From contig CAJUGE010000070.1 of assembly GCA_910586295.1 (NCBI GenBank), positions 17,032 through 81,031 on the forward strand: a DNA stretch of 64,000 bases. Reading direction: 5' to 3'. A program made the position numbers and the translations under genes. Shown in pieces: positions 1 to 11,092 of this stretch. The notes beneath the pieces were generated by a model. It did no database searches and had not been told where the DNA came from. It was given only the letters and a program-made list of their open reading frames with translations. This DNA comes from an uncultured Bacilli bacterium (GTDB lineage Bacteria > Bacillota_I > Bacilli_A > RF39 > UBA660). The first letter of the stretch is position 1. Every line of letters starts with the position of its first letter.

Positions 1-1
1 A

Positions 2-982
2 GGCAATGGTTATTCTATTGAGTCATTTGAAAGGTTCTTTAAAAGTAGAAGATTTAGAAAGGTTTTGTGCCTTATTTATGCTATATATGTTATTTATGAG
101 GTTGAAAAAGTTAGTAGTGGTTTAATAGATTTTGATGATATGATGAGTTATGCTACAAATATTGTAAAAAGAAATATTATTAGGCTACCTTTTAAAATGT
201 TTATAATAGATGAATTTCAGGATACATCGTTATTAAGGTTTAATCTTATACGTGAATTAGTAAAGTTAAATGATGCTGGGTTGTGTGTAGTTGGAGATGA
301 TTATCAGTCTATTTATCATTTTTCTGGTTGTGATTTGGAGATATTTCTGAATTTTAAAGATTATTATAATGAGGCAAAAATATATAGGTTAGAAAAAACT
401 TATAGAAATAGTTTGGAACTGGTTAATACTGCTGGTAAGTTTGTTATGAAGAATCCCAATCAAATTAAGAAGAATTTAGTGAGTCCTAAGAGATTAGATA
501 AGCCTATTAATTTAGTTTATTTTAATAATATCGATAGTGTACTTGAGAGAGTAATTGGAGATATTCCAAAGGATAAAGAAATCTTAATAATAAGTAGAAA
601 CAATTTTGATATAAAGAAGTATACTAAATGTTTAAGTTATGAAATAAGAGATAACAATTATATAGAATTTCTAAAATTTAAAGATAGGAAAATAAGATTC
701 TTGTCTATACATTCTTCTAAAGGTTTAGAAAGTGATGTAGTAATTATTCTTAATGTTTCTAATGATTTATATGGGTTACCAATTAAATTGAAAGATGAGA
801 AAGTGCTTTCTTTAGTTAAAAAAAATCAACCTTATCCTTATGAGGAAGAGAGAAGACTTTTTTATGTTGCTTTAACTAGAACAAAAAGTTATATATATTT
901 GTTAGTTCCTAATAGTAAACCATCTATATTTGCAAGTGAAATAAAGTATGATGAGAATGTTAAAGTATATAGTTTTAATTGA
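2..982 (+). CDS. UvrD/Rep-family SF1 DNA helicase, C-terminal portion. The reading frame is open to the window edge, so the gene starts upstream.
   Basis: No stop codon in this frame back to position 2. Motifs FIIDEFQDTS, VGDDYQSIY, LEKTYRNS, LSIHSSKGLESDVVII and YVALTRTKSYIYLL correspond to SF1 helicase motifs III-VI. Confidence 0.7.
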   Translation, partial: GNGYSIESFERFFKSRRFRKVLCLIYAIYVIYEVEKVSSGLIDFDDMMSYATNIVKRNIIRLPFKMFIIDEFQDTSLLRFNLIRELVKLNDAGLCVVGDDYQSIYHFSGCDLEIFLNFKDYYNEAKIYRLEKTYRNSLELVNTAGKFVMKNPNQIKKNLVSPKRLDKPINLVYFNNIDSVLERVIGDIPKDKEILIISRNNFDIKKYTKCLSYEIRDNNYIEFLKFKDRKIRFLSIHSSKGLESDVVIILNVSNDLYGLPIKLKDEKVLSLVKKNQPYPYEEERRLFYVALTRTKSYIYLLVPNSKPSIFASEIKYDENVKVYSFN

Positions 983-1184
983 TTTTCTTTTCTATTGTTA
1001 TTAGTTCTCCTGGAGTACAATCTAAGTATTCACATAATAACTCTATTGTATGGAATGATATTGATGTTGTTTCTCCTTTGATAATTTTATTAATGTTAGT
1101 TTGAGAAATGTTTGTTTTTTTACATAGCCAATATTTAGATTTATTTATTCTTTTTAAAAGTTTTTCAATGTTTATTGTAATCAT
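975..1184 (-). CDS. XRE-family helix-turn-helix transcriptional regulator (69 aa)
   Basis: ISFHTIELLCEYLDCTPGELI is a classic Cro/C1 HTH. The ORF is convergent with the helicase and overlaps it by 8 nt. Confidence 0.55.
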   Translation of the reverse strand: MITINIEKLLKRINKSKYWLCKKTNISQTNINKIIKGETTSISFHTIELLCEYLDCTPGELITIEKKIN

Positions 1185-1331
1185 TTTAATACCTCTTTCA
1201 TATATAAAATTTTACTAAATATATAACTTTAAAATAACCTATATATAAAAATATCATTTGCAAATATATCACTTGTAAATCATCTGTTTTTGATATATAA
1301 TAAAATAAATGTGAGGGTAGAAAGGGAACTT

Positions 1332-2747
1332 ATGAAAAATAAATTATTAATAATTACTTTAATTGGATTACTGATGTTAACTGGATGTGAAAGTAAAAAG
1401 CAGGAGGAAAGTAAACAAGTAGTAGAAACAAATGGGATGCTAACTTATACAATAGATGGTGAAGTAGCAAAGGAAAAACCTACAAAAGAGGATGGTTACT
1501 TTGTTAATAAGATTGTGTGTGATAACGGAACAGATATGATGTGGGATAATGATAATTGGGAAGTAGAATTAACAGAAGTGAAAAGTAAAGATAGATGTAT
1601 GGTGGATTTTACAAAAGATAGTAGTGCTTCTGGGTATAGAATTACAGTTACGTCTAATAGCACATCTAGTTTAGATAGTTTATCAAAAGCTACAACTGAG
1701 AATGGAACAGTAATAATATATTCAACATCAACAATAAAAAATGTAAGTGGATGCAATGGAAAGATAGAAGGAAACAAAGTAATAGTAAGTAATGTAACAG
1801 AAAATCAAACATGCAATATAACAATGGAGCTAACTTTAGCAAATGCTATTCTAATTGCATATGCACCAAAACCAGCAAGAACATCATTTAGCATTATAGA
1901 TGATGGGATACCAGGATTATATACGGGAAGTGATGACCAAGGAACTACATACTATTTTAGTGGAGATGGTACTAACATGAATAACTGGGTAAGCTTTGCT
2001 GGGAAACTTTGGAGAGTAATTAGAATCAATGGAAACGGAAGTGTAAGGTTATTGTACGCTGGAAATGGGACGAGTGCAGTCGATGTTAGTATGAGTGTAT
2101 ATAGTTTAAATAGTAATACTTATAATCATCCTGCTTATGTAGGATGGAAATATGCAGAAGGTGAAAATATAGAAGAAAATAGAGAAAGTATTACAAATAG
2201 TGGGGCATATAATGTTGTAAATACATGGTACAATGAGTTAAGTGATGATAAAAAGAATTATATAGATATTGAAGCAATATATTGTAATGATAGAGATTTA
2301 GCAGATGGTAATTCATACAATGTAAGTAAAACATTTTACTATAATGTATATACAAGACTATTTTTATATAAAACTCCTACGTTTAAGTGTAATAATTTAA
2401 GCGATAGGTTCACGACATTTGGATTGATGACAGCAGATGAAGTGGCATTCGCAGGTGGAGTATGGGGTATACAAAACATGAAAAGTTATTATTATTTGAA
2501 TAAAATGGGGATAGGCAGTATTACTGAAGAATATGATTGGTGGACTATGACTCCTTTTCGCTGGAATAAATATTCTAATGCAGGAAGAGCTGCAATGGTG
2601 ATTATAAATGGTTCTAATGGTATGTTAAATAATTCTGATATTGCAGTAAAAAGTGCAGTTATTAGACCAGTAATTTCTATTAAAAAAGAAACTTTAATTA
2701 CTGGAGGAGATGGTAGTGGCGATAATCCTTATACTTTATCTTTATAA
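1332..2747 (+). CDS. Lipoprotein, paralog A. It has a lipobox signal peptide, a Cys-containing beta-rich segment, and a conserved WRVI...LLYAG / MTADEV / YWWT / VIRPV domain ending GGDGSGDNPYT.
   Basis: A preferred internal start MKNKLLIITLIGLLMLTGC gives a lipobox LTGC, with RBS AAAGGG upstream. Protein-level paralog of the minus-strand gene at 37700..39109. The motif set resembles a Firmicute family that may be DUF6273; this is unverified. Confidence 0.6.
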   Translation: MKNKLLIITLIGLLMLTGCESKKQEESKQVVETNGMLTYTIDGEVAKEKPTKEDGYFVNKIVCDNGTDMMWDNDNWEVELTEVKSKDRCMVDFTKDSSASGYRITVTSNSTSSLDSLSKATTENGTVIIYSTSTIKNVSGCNGKIEGNKVIVSNVTENQTCNITMELTLANAILIAYAPKPARTSFSIIDDGIPGLYTGSDDQGTTYYFSGDGTNMNNWVSFAGKLWRVIRINGNGSVRLLYAGNGTSAVDVSMSVYSLNSNTYNHPAYVGWKYAEGENIEENRESITNSGAYNVVNTWYNELSDDKKNYIDIEAIYCNDRDLADGNSYNVSKTFYYNVYTRLFLYKTPTFKCNNLSDRFTTFGLMTADEVAFAGGVWGIQNMKSYYYLNKMGIGSITEEYDWWTMTPFRWNKYSNAGRAAMVIINGSNGMLNNSDIAVKSAVIRPVISIKKETLITGGDGSGDNPYTLSL

Positions 2748-2840
2748 TATTTTATAAAAGTAGTACATATAATTATTTTGTTATATTTACTTTTTAGTAT
2801 ATTTTAGTATTTGCTTACATATTATTAGTTAGGTGATACT

Positions 2841-3134
2841 ATGGATAGAACAAGTGAACTTGGTAATAATTTTAATCATGCAATTAGTATTAATGAAAGA
2901 AAGAATGTATTAATAACTGGAGTAAAGAAATTAGAGAATTTTGATAGTAAAGAGTTTTTCTTAGAAAGTATAATGGGTTATATATTAATAAAAGGAGAAG
3001 GCTTAGAATTAATTAAATTAGATACATTTCAAGGTACTTTATCTATAAAGGGAAAAGTTAATAGTATGAATTATTTGGAGAGTGGAGGAAAGAAAGTAAA
3101 TAAAGAGAGTATGCTTTCTAAATTGTTTAAATGA
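2841..3134 (+). CDS. yabP: Sporulation protein YabP
   Basis: The core ITGV..LENFDS.EFFLES.MG.L.IKGEGLEL..L....G.L.I.G.V.S..Y matches YabP. It is followed by yabQ and divIC, as in Bacillus. Confidence 0.75.
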   Translation: MDRTSELGNNFNHAISINERKNVLITGVKKLENFDSKEFFLESIMGYILIKGEGLELIKLDTFQGTLSIKGKVNSMNYLESGGKKVNKESMLSKLFK

Positions 3135-3448
3135 GTTTAGATACTCAGATTATAAGTTTGTTATTCTCTTTTGGATATGGTATTTTGGTAAGTTATTTAT
3201 TTAATTTAAATTATAACTTTATATATTTATCTTCTCTTTTATATAGAATTGCTATAAATATATTGTTTACTGTTGATTTAGCTTTGGTATATTTCTTGCT
3301 TATAAAAGTGATTAACTTCGGGGTTATCCACATTTATTTTGTATTTGCGTTTTTGCTTGGATTTATTTTATTTGTTAATAGATATAAGTTTCTTAGAAAG
3401 ATAATTAAAGTTAAAAAGTATGTCAAAATTAAAAAATCTAGTAAATAG
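3131..3448 (+). CDS. yabQ: Spore cortex biosynthesis membrane protein YabQ
   Basis: A 105-aa polytopic membrane protein. Its start overlaps the yabP stop (ATGA). Synteny is yabP-yabQ-divIC. Confidence 0.55.
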   Translation: MSLDTQIISLLFSFGYGILVSYLFNLNYNFIYLSSLLYRIAINILFTVDLALVYFLLIKVINFGVIHIYFVFAFLLGFILFVNRYKFLRKIIKVKKYVKIKKSSK

Positions 3449-3520
3449 ATTTTTTTGACTAATTTAAAGTGAGTTCTATATTTAATACATATATATGAGA
3501 AAGTGTTGACTAATTGATAT

Positions 3521-3556
3521 TACTCTCATTATATCAAAGGATGAGAGTATTTTTGG
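3521..3556 (+). terminator. Rho-independent terminator downstream of yabQ
   Basis: TACTCTCAT, an 11-nt loop, ATGAGAGTA (9-bp stem), then TTTTT. Confidence 0.5.
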
Positions 3557-3568
3557 GCAAAAAAATAG

Positions 3569-3729
3569 GTCGTCCTCCAAAGACGGCGTTCTTGCAAAAA
3601 CGATTTAACGTTTTTATGTATGAAGTCAAATTATTGCTGGTATTTCTTGATGAAATTTTGATTTTTGAGGTAAAAAAATTAGAACGTCCTCCGAAGACGG
3701 CGTCCCTACAAAAACGATTTAACGTTTTT
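3569..3729. repeat. Two copies of a roughly 47-bp element, each carrying two hairpins. The copies lie at 3571-3617 and 3685-3729.
   Basis: The consensus is CGTCCTCC(A/G)AAGACGGCGT.C.T.CAAAAACGATTTAACGTTTTT. Hairpin 1 pairs GTCGTC with GACGGC. Hairpin 2 is AAAAACG-ATTTAA-CGTTTTT, a perfect palindrome flanked by A and T runs, so it could terminate in both directions. The element lies between convergent yabQ and the Abi gene. Confidence 0.55.
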
Positions 3730-3785
3730 CCCATCGCATGTTAACATATTATCACATAATATATGCAATGTCAAACTATTTTCAG

Positions 3786-4751
3786 TTATTTGAAGTGTTT
3801 TTCAACGATTTTTGAAAAGTATTCATATACTGATTTTAATAGTTCATTATTATTATAGTATGATTTGTGTATAATTATTCTTTTATATATGAATTTTTTT
3901 ACTTTTTTGTTCATCTTTCTTTGTATGTTTTTGTCATTAACGAAAAATTTAAACATATATATTGCACTTGTTATTTGCTTTATTCTAGAGTTTTTGATTT
4001 TTTTGATAATTATTTTTTTGCTAATATCATTTTTTGTGAGAAATTGGCTTATTTCATATGGTACATGATACTCATTGTCTTTTATCTTGAGGTCAGTTAA
4101 TACATTAGTATTGTGATATATTGCATTTCTGAGTCTTCCAACATCTCTTAGGATGAATACATTTTTGTTTTCAGATTTTAAGTTGTATTCTAAAGTGATG
4201 AAGTTATAAAAATCTATTAATTCACCAAATGTAATTATTTCTAAAAATTCCCAAATTGGAATGTTTTCTAATTTTTTGTCTTGATTAATGTCGTATTTAT
4301 TAAATATTTTCTTGTAGTAAACGCTACCTGTTTTAGTGTATATGCTTTTGTGTAATTTTTTTGGATAGTTTTTATTGTTATAGTCTTTATCTAAATATAA
4401 ATTTACAATATTATAACCATCATCTTTCTCTTTTACGATTTTTAGTATTCTTAGTTTTAAATGGTGTTCTATATTTGAGATAAGTTCAAATAAAAGTATT
4501 CTAAGTTCGTAATCTATTCTTGCTAGGTCGCATAAATATGCAAAATCCAAATCAGTATATTTGTCTATGAACTCATTATTTATATAAAACTGCTCAAAGT
4601 TGTTTTTGTATGCTGTTATGTTGTAGCAATTATTTGTTTCTTCTAAATATTTAATTGTATTTTTTTCATTAATGTGTTTAAATTTTATATTTTTATCTTT
4701 TAGTTTTTCTATCAATTCTTCTGTGCTTAGCATATGTTTATTCCCTGTCAT
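3786..4751 (-). CDS. Abi_2 family (AbiD/AbiF-like) abortive-infection protein
   Basis: N-terminal LSTEELIEKLKDKNIKF...KYLEETNNCYNITAYKN. LRNAIYHNTNV matches the Abi_2 RN..AH motif. Length 321 aa. The gene sits inside the otherwise conserved yabQ-divIC interval. Confidence 0.7.
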   Translation of the reverse strand: MTGNKHMLSTEELIEKLKDKNIKFKHINEKNTIKYLEETNNCYNITAYKNNFEQFYINNEFIDKYTDLDFAYLCDLARIDYELRILLFELISNIEHHLKLRILKIVKEKDDGYNIVNLYLDKDYNNKNYPKKLHKSIYTKTGSVYYKKIFNKYDINQDKKLENIPIWEFLEIITFGELIDFYNFITLEYNLKSENKNVFILRDVGRLRNAIYHNTNVLTDLKIKDNEYHVPYEISQFLTKNDISKKIIIKKIKNSRIKQITSAIYMFKFFVNDKNIQRKMNKKVKKFIYKRIIIHKSYYNNNELLKSVYEYFSKIVEKHFK

Positions 4752-4891
4752 AAATATTCACTTCCTATTGGAAAGTTATTATAACATGTCGTTTTATAAA
4801 TGTAAAATGCGAATTTTGTTGTGTAAAGTAGTACGTTAGGTAATTGAAACATAGTGTGATATGTGGTACTATTTTTTATAGGATGGAGAAT

Positions 4892-5179
4892 ATGAAGAAG
4901 GCTACAAAAAAAGATAAGAGAAGAATTACAGTTTTAATTATTGTTTTTGTACCGTTACTAGGTTTGTTTATTAGTAACATGTTTTCATATTGGTCTACTA
5001 TTTATTCTAATATTAAAGAAAAGAAGGAATTAGAAAAAGCGTATAAAGAGAGACTTGAGGAAGAAGAACTATTGAAGAGTGAAATTAATAAATTGCAAGA
5101 TGAAGAGTATATTGCTAGATATGCAAGAGAGAAATATTTATATAGTAAAGATGGAGAAATAATTATAAAGATAGATTAA
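4892..5179 (+). CDS. divIC: Septum formation initiator (DivIC/FtsB family)
   Basis: N-terminal transmembrane segment, a coiled coil, and the conserved C-terminal YIARYAREKYLYSKDGEII. Start chosen at MKKATKK, with RBS AGGATGGAG upstream. Synteny after yabPQ. Confidence 0.6.
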   Translation: MKKATKKDKRRITVLIIVFVPLLGLFISNMFSYWSTIYSNIKEKKELEKAYKERLEEEELLKSEINKLQDEEYIARYAREKYLYSKDGEIIIKID

Positions 5180-5248
5180 AATTAAAGTTAGTAGTTTTAA
5201 TTTATTTTTTTTAATTGTATAATAGACTTAAGAAGTAGGAGTGGTATT

Positions 5249-7330
5249 ATGTTTGATAGATTAAATGATAGACAAAGAGAAGCAGTTTTACATAAGGAGG
5301 GACCTTGTTTAGTTCTTGCAGGAGCAGGTTCTGGAAAGACTAGAGTTCTTACTGAGAGGATATGTTACTTAATAAATGAGGGAGTTAGACCACAAAATAT
5401 ACTTGCTATTACATTTACTAATAAGGCTGCAAGAGAAATGAGAGAGAGAGTTCATAATTCCATAGGAGATGAAGCGGATAAAATATTTATTGGAACTTTT
5501 CACTCTTTAGGTTTAAAGATAGTTAGAGAGAATGCAGAGGTCTTAGGATATAGTAAGAATATAACTATATTAGATAAAGATGATGTTAATTCTTTGATTA
5601 AGAAATTTATGAAAGAGATGAATCTAGATAGTGATAAGTATCCTGTTAAATATATTTTAAATAAAATAAGTTTTGCTAAGAATGAGGGACTTAGTCCAGA
5701 GCAGTATGAAAAGTTTATGAAAGGTGCTTTGGATGAGGCAGTTATTAGAATATATAAAAGATATGTTAATGCTCTTAAGAGAAATAATAGTGTAGATTTT
5801 GATGATTTACTTATAATGCCACTTGAAATATTTAAGAAAAGTGATGAAGTGATGGATAAGTATCAAGAGCATTATCAATATATATTAGTTGATGAGTATC
5901 AAGATACTAATGGGGTTCAATATGATTTATGTAAGATGCTTGCTAGTAAGTATCGTAATTTGTTTGTAGTAGGAGATATGGACCAGTCTATTTATTCTTT
6001 TAGATTTGCTAATTATATGAATGTTCTTAATTTTGAAAAAGATAATCCTGATGCTAAAGTAGTAGTGCTTGATGAGAATTATAGAAGTACTAATAATATT
6101 TTGAAGGCGGCTAATCAAGTTATTAAAAATAATACTGAAAGAAAAGAGAAGAATCTTTGGAGTAATAATGGTGATGGAGATAAGATAAAGTATGTAAGAT
6201 GTGAAGGGGAGTTAGATGAAGCTAAGTATGTTGTTAGTGAAGCAAGAAAGTTAATACAGATGGGAGAAAATCCTAGTGAGATAGCAGTTTTGTATAGAAC
6301 TAATGGACAAAGCCGTGTGGTAGAAGAGTCTTTCTTAAAAGAAGGAATACCTTTTAAAATTGTTGGTAGTTATTTCTTCTATAATAGAAAAGAGATTAAA
6401 GATTTAATTGCTTATTTGCATTTGATCTATAATTCTAATGATGATGTTAGTTTAGAGAGAGTTATTAATGTTCCTAAGAGGGGGATTGGACTTAAGACTA
6501 TAGATAAACTCAGAACAGAGGCTAATATTAGAGATGTCAGTATGTTCGATGTTATAGATAGTGGTAAAGAGTTAGAGTTTAAGAAGTTGATTATAGATTT
6601 AAGGGAAGAGAGTAAGAATACTAATTTAAGTGGACTTGTTGATTTGATATTAGATAAGAGTGGTATTAAAAAAGAACTTGAAGAGACTAATAGTTTAGAA
6701 AGTGAGATTCGTTTAGAAAACTTGGAAGAATTTAAGAGTATTACTTTGGCCTTTGAAGAAAGAGGTATATATAATTTAGATGAATTTCTTGAAAATATTA
6801 GTTTAGTTAGTGATATGAAAGAATATAAAGAAGTAGAAAATGGTGTTACTTTGATGACTCTTCATTCTGCTAAGGGGTTAGAGTTTAATAATGTTTTTCT
6901 AGTTGGTATGGAAGAAGGAATTTTTCCACATAGTAGATGCTATGAGACTCCAAGTGAGATGGAGGAAGAAAGAAGACTTTGTTATGTAGGCATTACTCGT
7001 GCTAGGAAGAAACTTTATTTGCTTAATGCTAAGAAAAGAACACTTTACGGAAAGACTACTATGAATATGCCTAGTAGATTTATAGATGAGATAAGTGAAG
7101 ATTTGGTTGAAAGTAATATTCAAAAAACACCTCAAATAAATGTTGGAAATATGTATGAGAGTGGTAGAAATGATGACTTGAATGTAGGAGATAGAGTTAA
7201 TCATGAAAAGTATGGAGCTGGGGTTGTCGTTAAAATAGATGGAAGCTTAGCTACTATTGCTTTTGGACATAAAGATGGAATTAAACAACTTATGAAGAAT
7301 CATAAGAGTTTAAAGAAAGTTGTAATGTAA
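5249..7330 (+). CDS. pcrA: ATP-dependent DNA helicase PcrA
   Basis: 693 aa. Walker A GAGSGKT, then DEYQDTN, VGDMDQSIYSFR and YVGITRARKKLYL. Immediately upstream of ligA, as in Bacillus. Confidence 0.9.
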   Translation: MFDRLNDRQREAVLHKEGPCLVLAGAGSGKTRVLTERICYLINEGVRPQNILAITFTNKAAREMRERVHNSIGDEADKIFIGTFHSLGLKIVRENAEVLGYSKNITILDKDDVNSLIKKFMKEMNLDSDKYPVKYILNKISFAKNEGLSPEQYEKFMKGALDEAVIRIYKRYVNALKRNNSVDFDDLLIMPLEIFKKSDEVMDKYQEHYQYILVDEYQDTNGVQYDLCKMLASKYRNLFVVGDMDQSIYSFRFANYMNVLNFEKDNPDAKVVVLDENYRSTNNILKAANQVIKNNTERKEKNLWSNNGDGDKIKYVRCEGELDEAKYVVSEARKLIQMGENPSEIAVLYRTNGQSRVVEESFLKEGIPFKIVGSYFFYNRKEIKDLIAYLHLIYNSNDDVSLERVINVPKRGIGLKTIDKLRTEANIRDVSMFDVIDSGKELEFKKLIIDLREESKNTNLSGLVDLILDKSGIKKELEETNSLESEIRLENLEEFKSITLAFEERGIYNLDEFLENISLVSDMKEYKEVENGVTLMTLHSAKGLEFNNVFLVGMEEGIFPHSRCYETPSEMEEERRLCYVGITRARKKLYLLNAKKRTLYGKTTMNMPSRFIDEISEDLVESNIQKTPQINVGNMYESGRNDDLNVGDRVNHEKYGAGVVVKIDGSLATIAFGHKDGIKQLMKNHKSLKKVVM

Positions 7331-7331
7331 T

Positions 7332-7937
7332 ATGAAATTTTTTGTGGTTGGACTAATATCTATTTTGGTTATTATTTATTTAGAGTATAAGTTAAAGACA
7401 TGGAGAAAAGAAACTTTATTTTTAAGTTTTAAAAAAAATTTAAATGTTATAAATGTTGTTTGTGTCTCTTTACTTTTTGCTTCTTTGATGTTATTGATTT
7501 CTTTATTGCTAGAAAAGTGTGGGGTTTTTATTAATGGAAAAGGAACTTTTGAAATTGAAATGTTGCCTTATATTTTATATTCAGTTAGTATAGTTCCGTT
7601 AATAGAAGAGTATTTTTATAGATTTTTGCCATATAAAATTGTTTTGCTACCTCAGTATTTTAAATATCTTCTAGTTTTAAGTAGTTTAGTGTTTGCTTTT
7701 AGTCATTCAGTTGTAGGTGCAGAGTATGTTTATATATTTTGTATGGCTTGTATATTATCTTATATTTATTTAAAAACAAAAAATATTTTATATTCTATTT
7801 TTTCTCATGGTGTATACAATTTGTTTGTCTTTCTTAATTATTATGCTTATTTTAATAACGTGTTAATTTTGGTAATAATTATATTTATTTGTTTAATTAT
7901 TTTATATAGAGATAAAATAAAGATTTTGAAATTCTAA
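7332..7937 (+). CDS. CPBP-family (CAAX protease-like) intramembrane metalloprotease
   Basis: A polytopic membrane protein with EEYFYRFLPY (EExxxR) and FAFSHS (FxxxH) motifs. Confidence 0.65.
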   Translation: MKFFVVGLISILVIIYLEYKLKTWRKETLFLSFKKNLNVINVVCVSLLFASLMLLISLLLEKCGVFINGKGTFEIEMLPYILYSVSIVPLIEEYFYRFLPYKIVLLPQYFKYLLVLSSLVFAFSHSVVGAEYVYIFCMACILSYIYLKTKNILYSIFSHGVYNLFVFLNYYAYFNNVLILVIIIFICLIILYRDKIKILKF

Positions 7938-7958
7938 GTTAAATACTTAGTTTTTTTT
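7934..7958 (+). terminator. Rho-independent terminator
   Basis: CTAAGT-TAAAT-ACTTAG followed by a 9-nt T run. It overlaps the CPBP stop codon. Confidence 0.5.
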
Positions 7959-8154
7959 AAAGATTATTATGTCTTTAAAGGAGTTAGTTTAGTAAATAGT
8001 ATTATTTGTTTGAGTATACTATTGTAAGTTAAATCTCTTGTCATAAAATAGAGAAATTTAAAAGTGTTCATATGTTATAACTATAATGGTTAAGATAAAT
8101 GTTTTTGTTATTTTCTTTTTTAGATTTCTCTTGTATAATAAAGATGGTGAATAA

Positions 8155-10504
<2,350 letters not shown>

Positions 10505-10616
10505 TAAGATTCTAAAGCTCTTATGCTTTTAGGAGTGTAAGAGTTTTCTATTTGTTAATTATTCGTTATGTAAACTAGCATAAATTAATAAAATATTGTA
10601 TAATTAGTATCAAGAG

Positions 10617-11081
10617 GTGAAAAGAATGAAAAAGTTAATTAAGGAAAATAAAGTTTTATTTGTTTTATCTATTATAATTTTAATAAGTTTGATATGCATA
10701 GGGGTGGGGTTAATAACTTATTTTTATAGTGAAGATGGAGATAAATTTGGAAATAGGTGTGAAGGTGCAGATAAGTTACCTATAAGTGAAAATATTTCTG
10801 AAGATATAAAAAGTTTATATGAAAGTGGTGTAGAGAGTGTTAAAGTTGATGTTATTTGTAAACGTATTGATGTTTTGATAGATGTTGCACCAGGTATTAG
10901 TAAGGTGGATGCTCAAAGTATAGGAGTTAGGGCATTAGAAAAGTTTACTGATGAGCAAAAATCTTTCTATGATATTTCATTTTTGATTACTTGTAAAGGT
11001 AATACTGAGGAGACTACTGTTTTTCCAATGCAAGGTATGAAAAATTCTGAAAATTCTCAAATAGTATGGACTAATAATTAA
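10617..11081 (+). CDS. Hypothetical membrane-anchored protein (154 aa)
   Basis: N-terminal transmembrane helix. No recognisable motifs. Confidence 0.4.
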   Translation: MKRMKKLIKENKVLFVLSIIILISLICIGVGLITYFYSEDGDKFGNRCEGADKLPISENISEDIKSLYESGVESVKVDVICKRIDVLIDVAPGISKVDAQSIGVRALEKFTDEQKSFYDISFLITCKGNTEETTVFPMQGMKNSENSQIVWTNN

Positions 11082-11092
11082 GAGGAGTTATT

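Noticed and set aside
1496-1777. Antisense ORF inside lipoprotein gene A, and its counterpart at 38730..39002 inside lipoprotein B
   Set aside because: These are shadow ORFs. Their similarity to each other merely reflects the nucleotide similarity of the two paralogous lipoprotein genes.
3514-3744. ORFs 3514-3744 (+) and 3534-3734 (-) with internally repeated peptides (GRPPKTA…LQKRFNVF)
   Set aside because: They span the tandem hairpin repeat. The repeated peptide is a translation artefact of the 47-bp DNA repeat, and there is no RBS.
3865-4100. Plus-strand ORFs 3865-4068 and 3867-4100
   Set aside because: They are antisense to the well-supported Abi_2 gene, and their hydrophobic low-complexity translations are typical of AT-rich noise.
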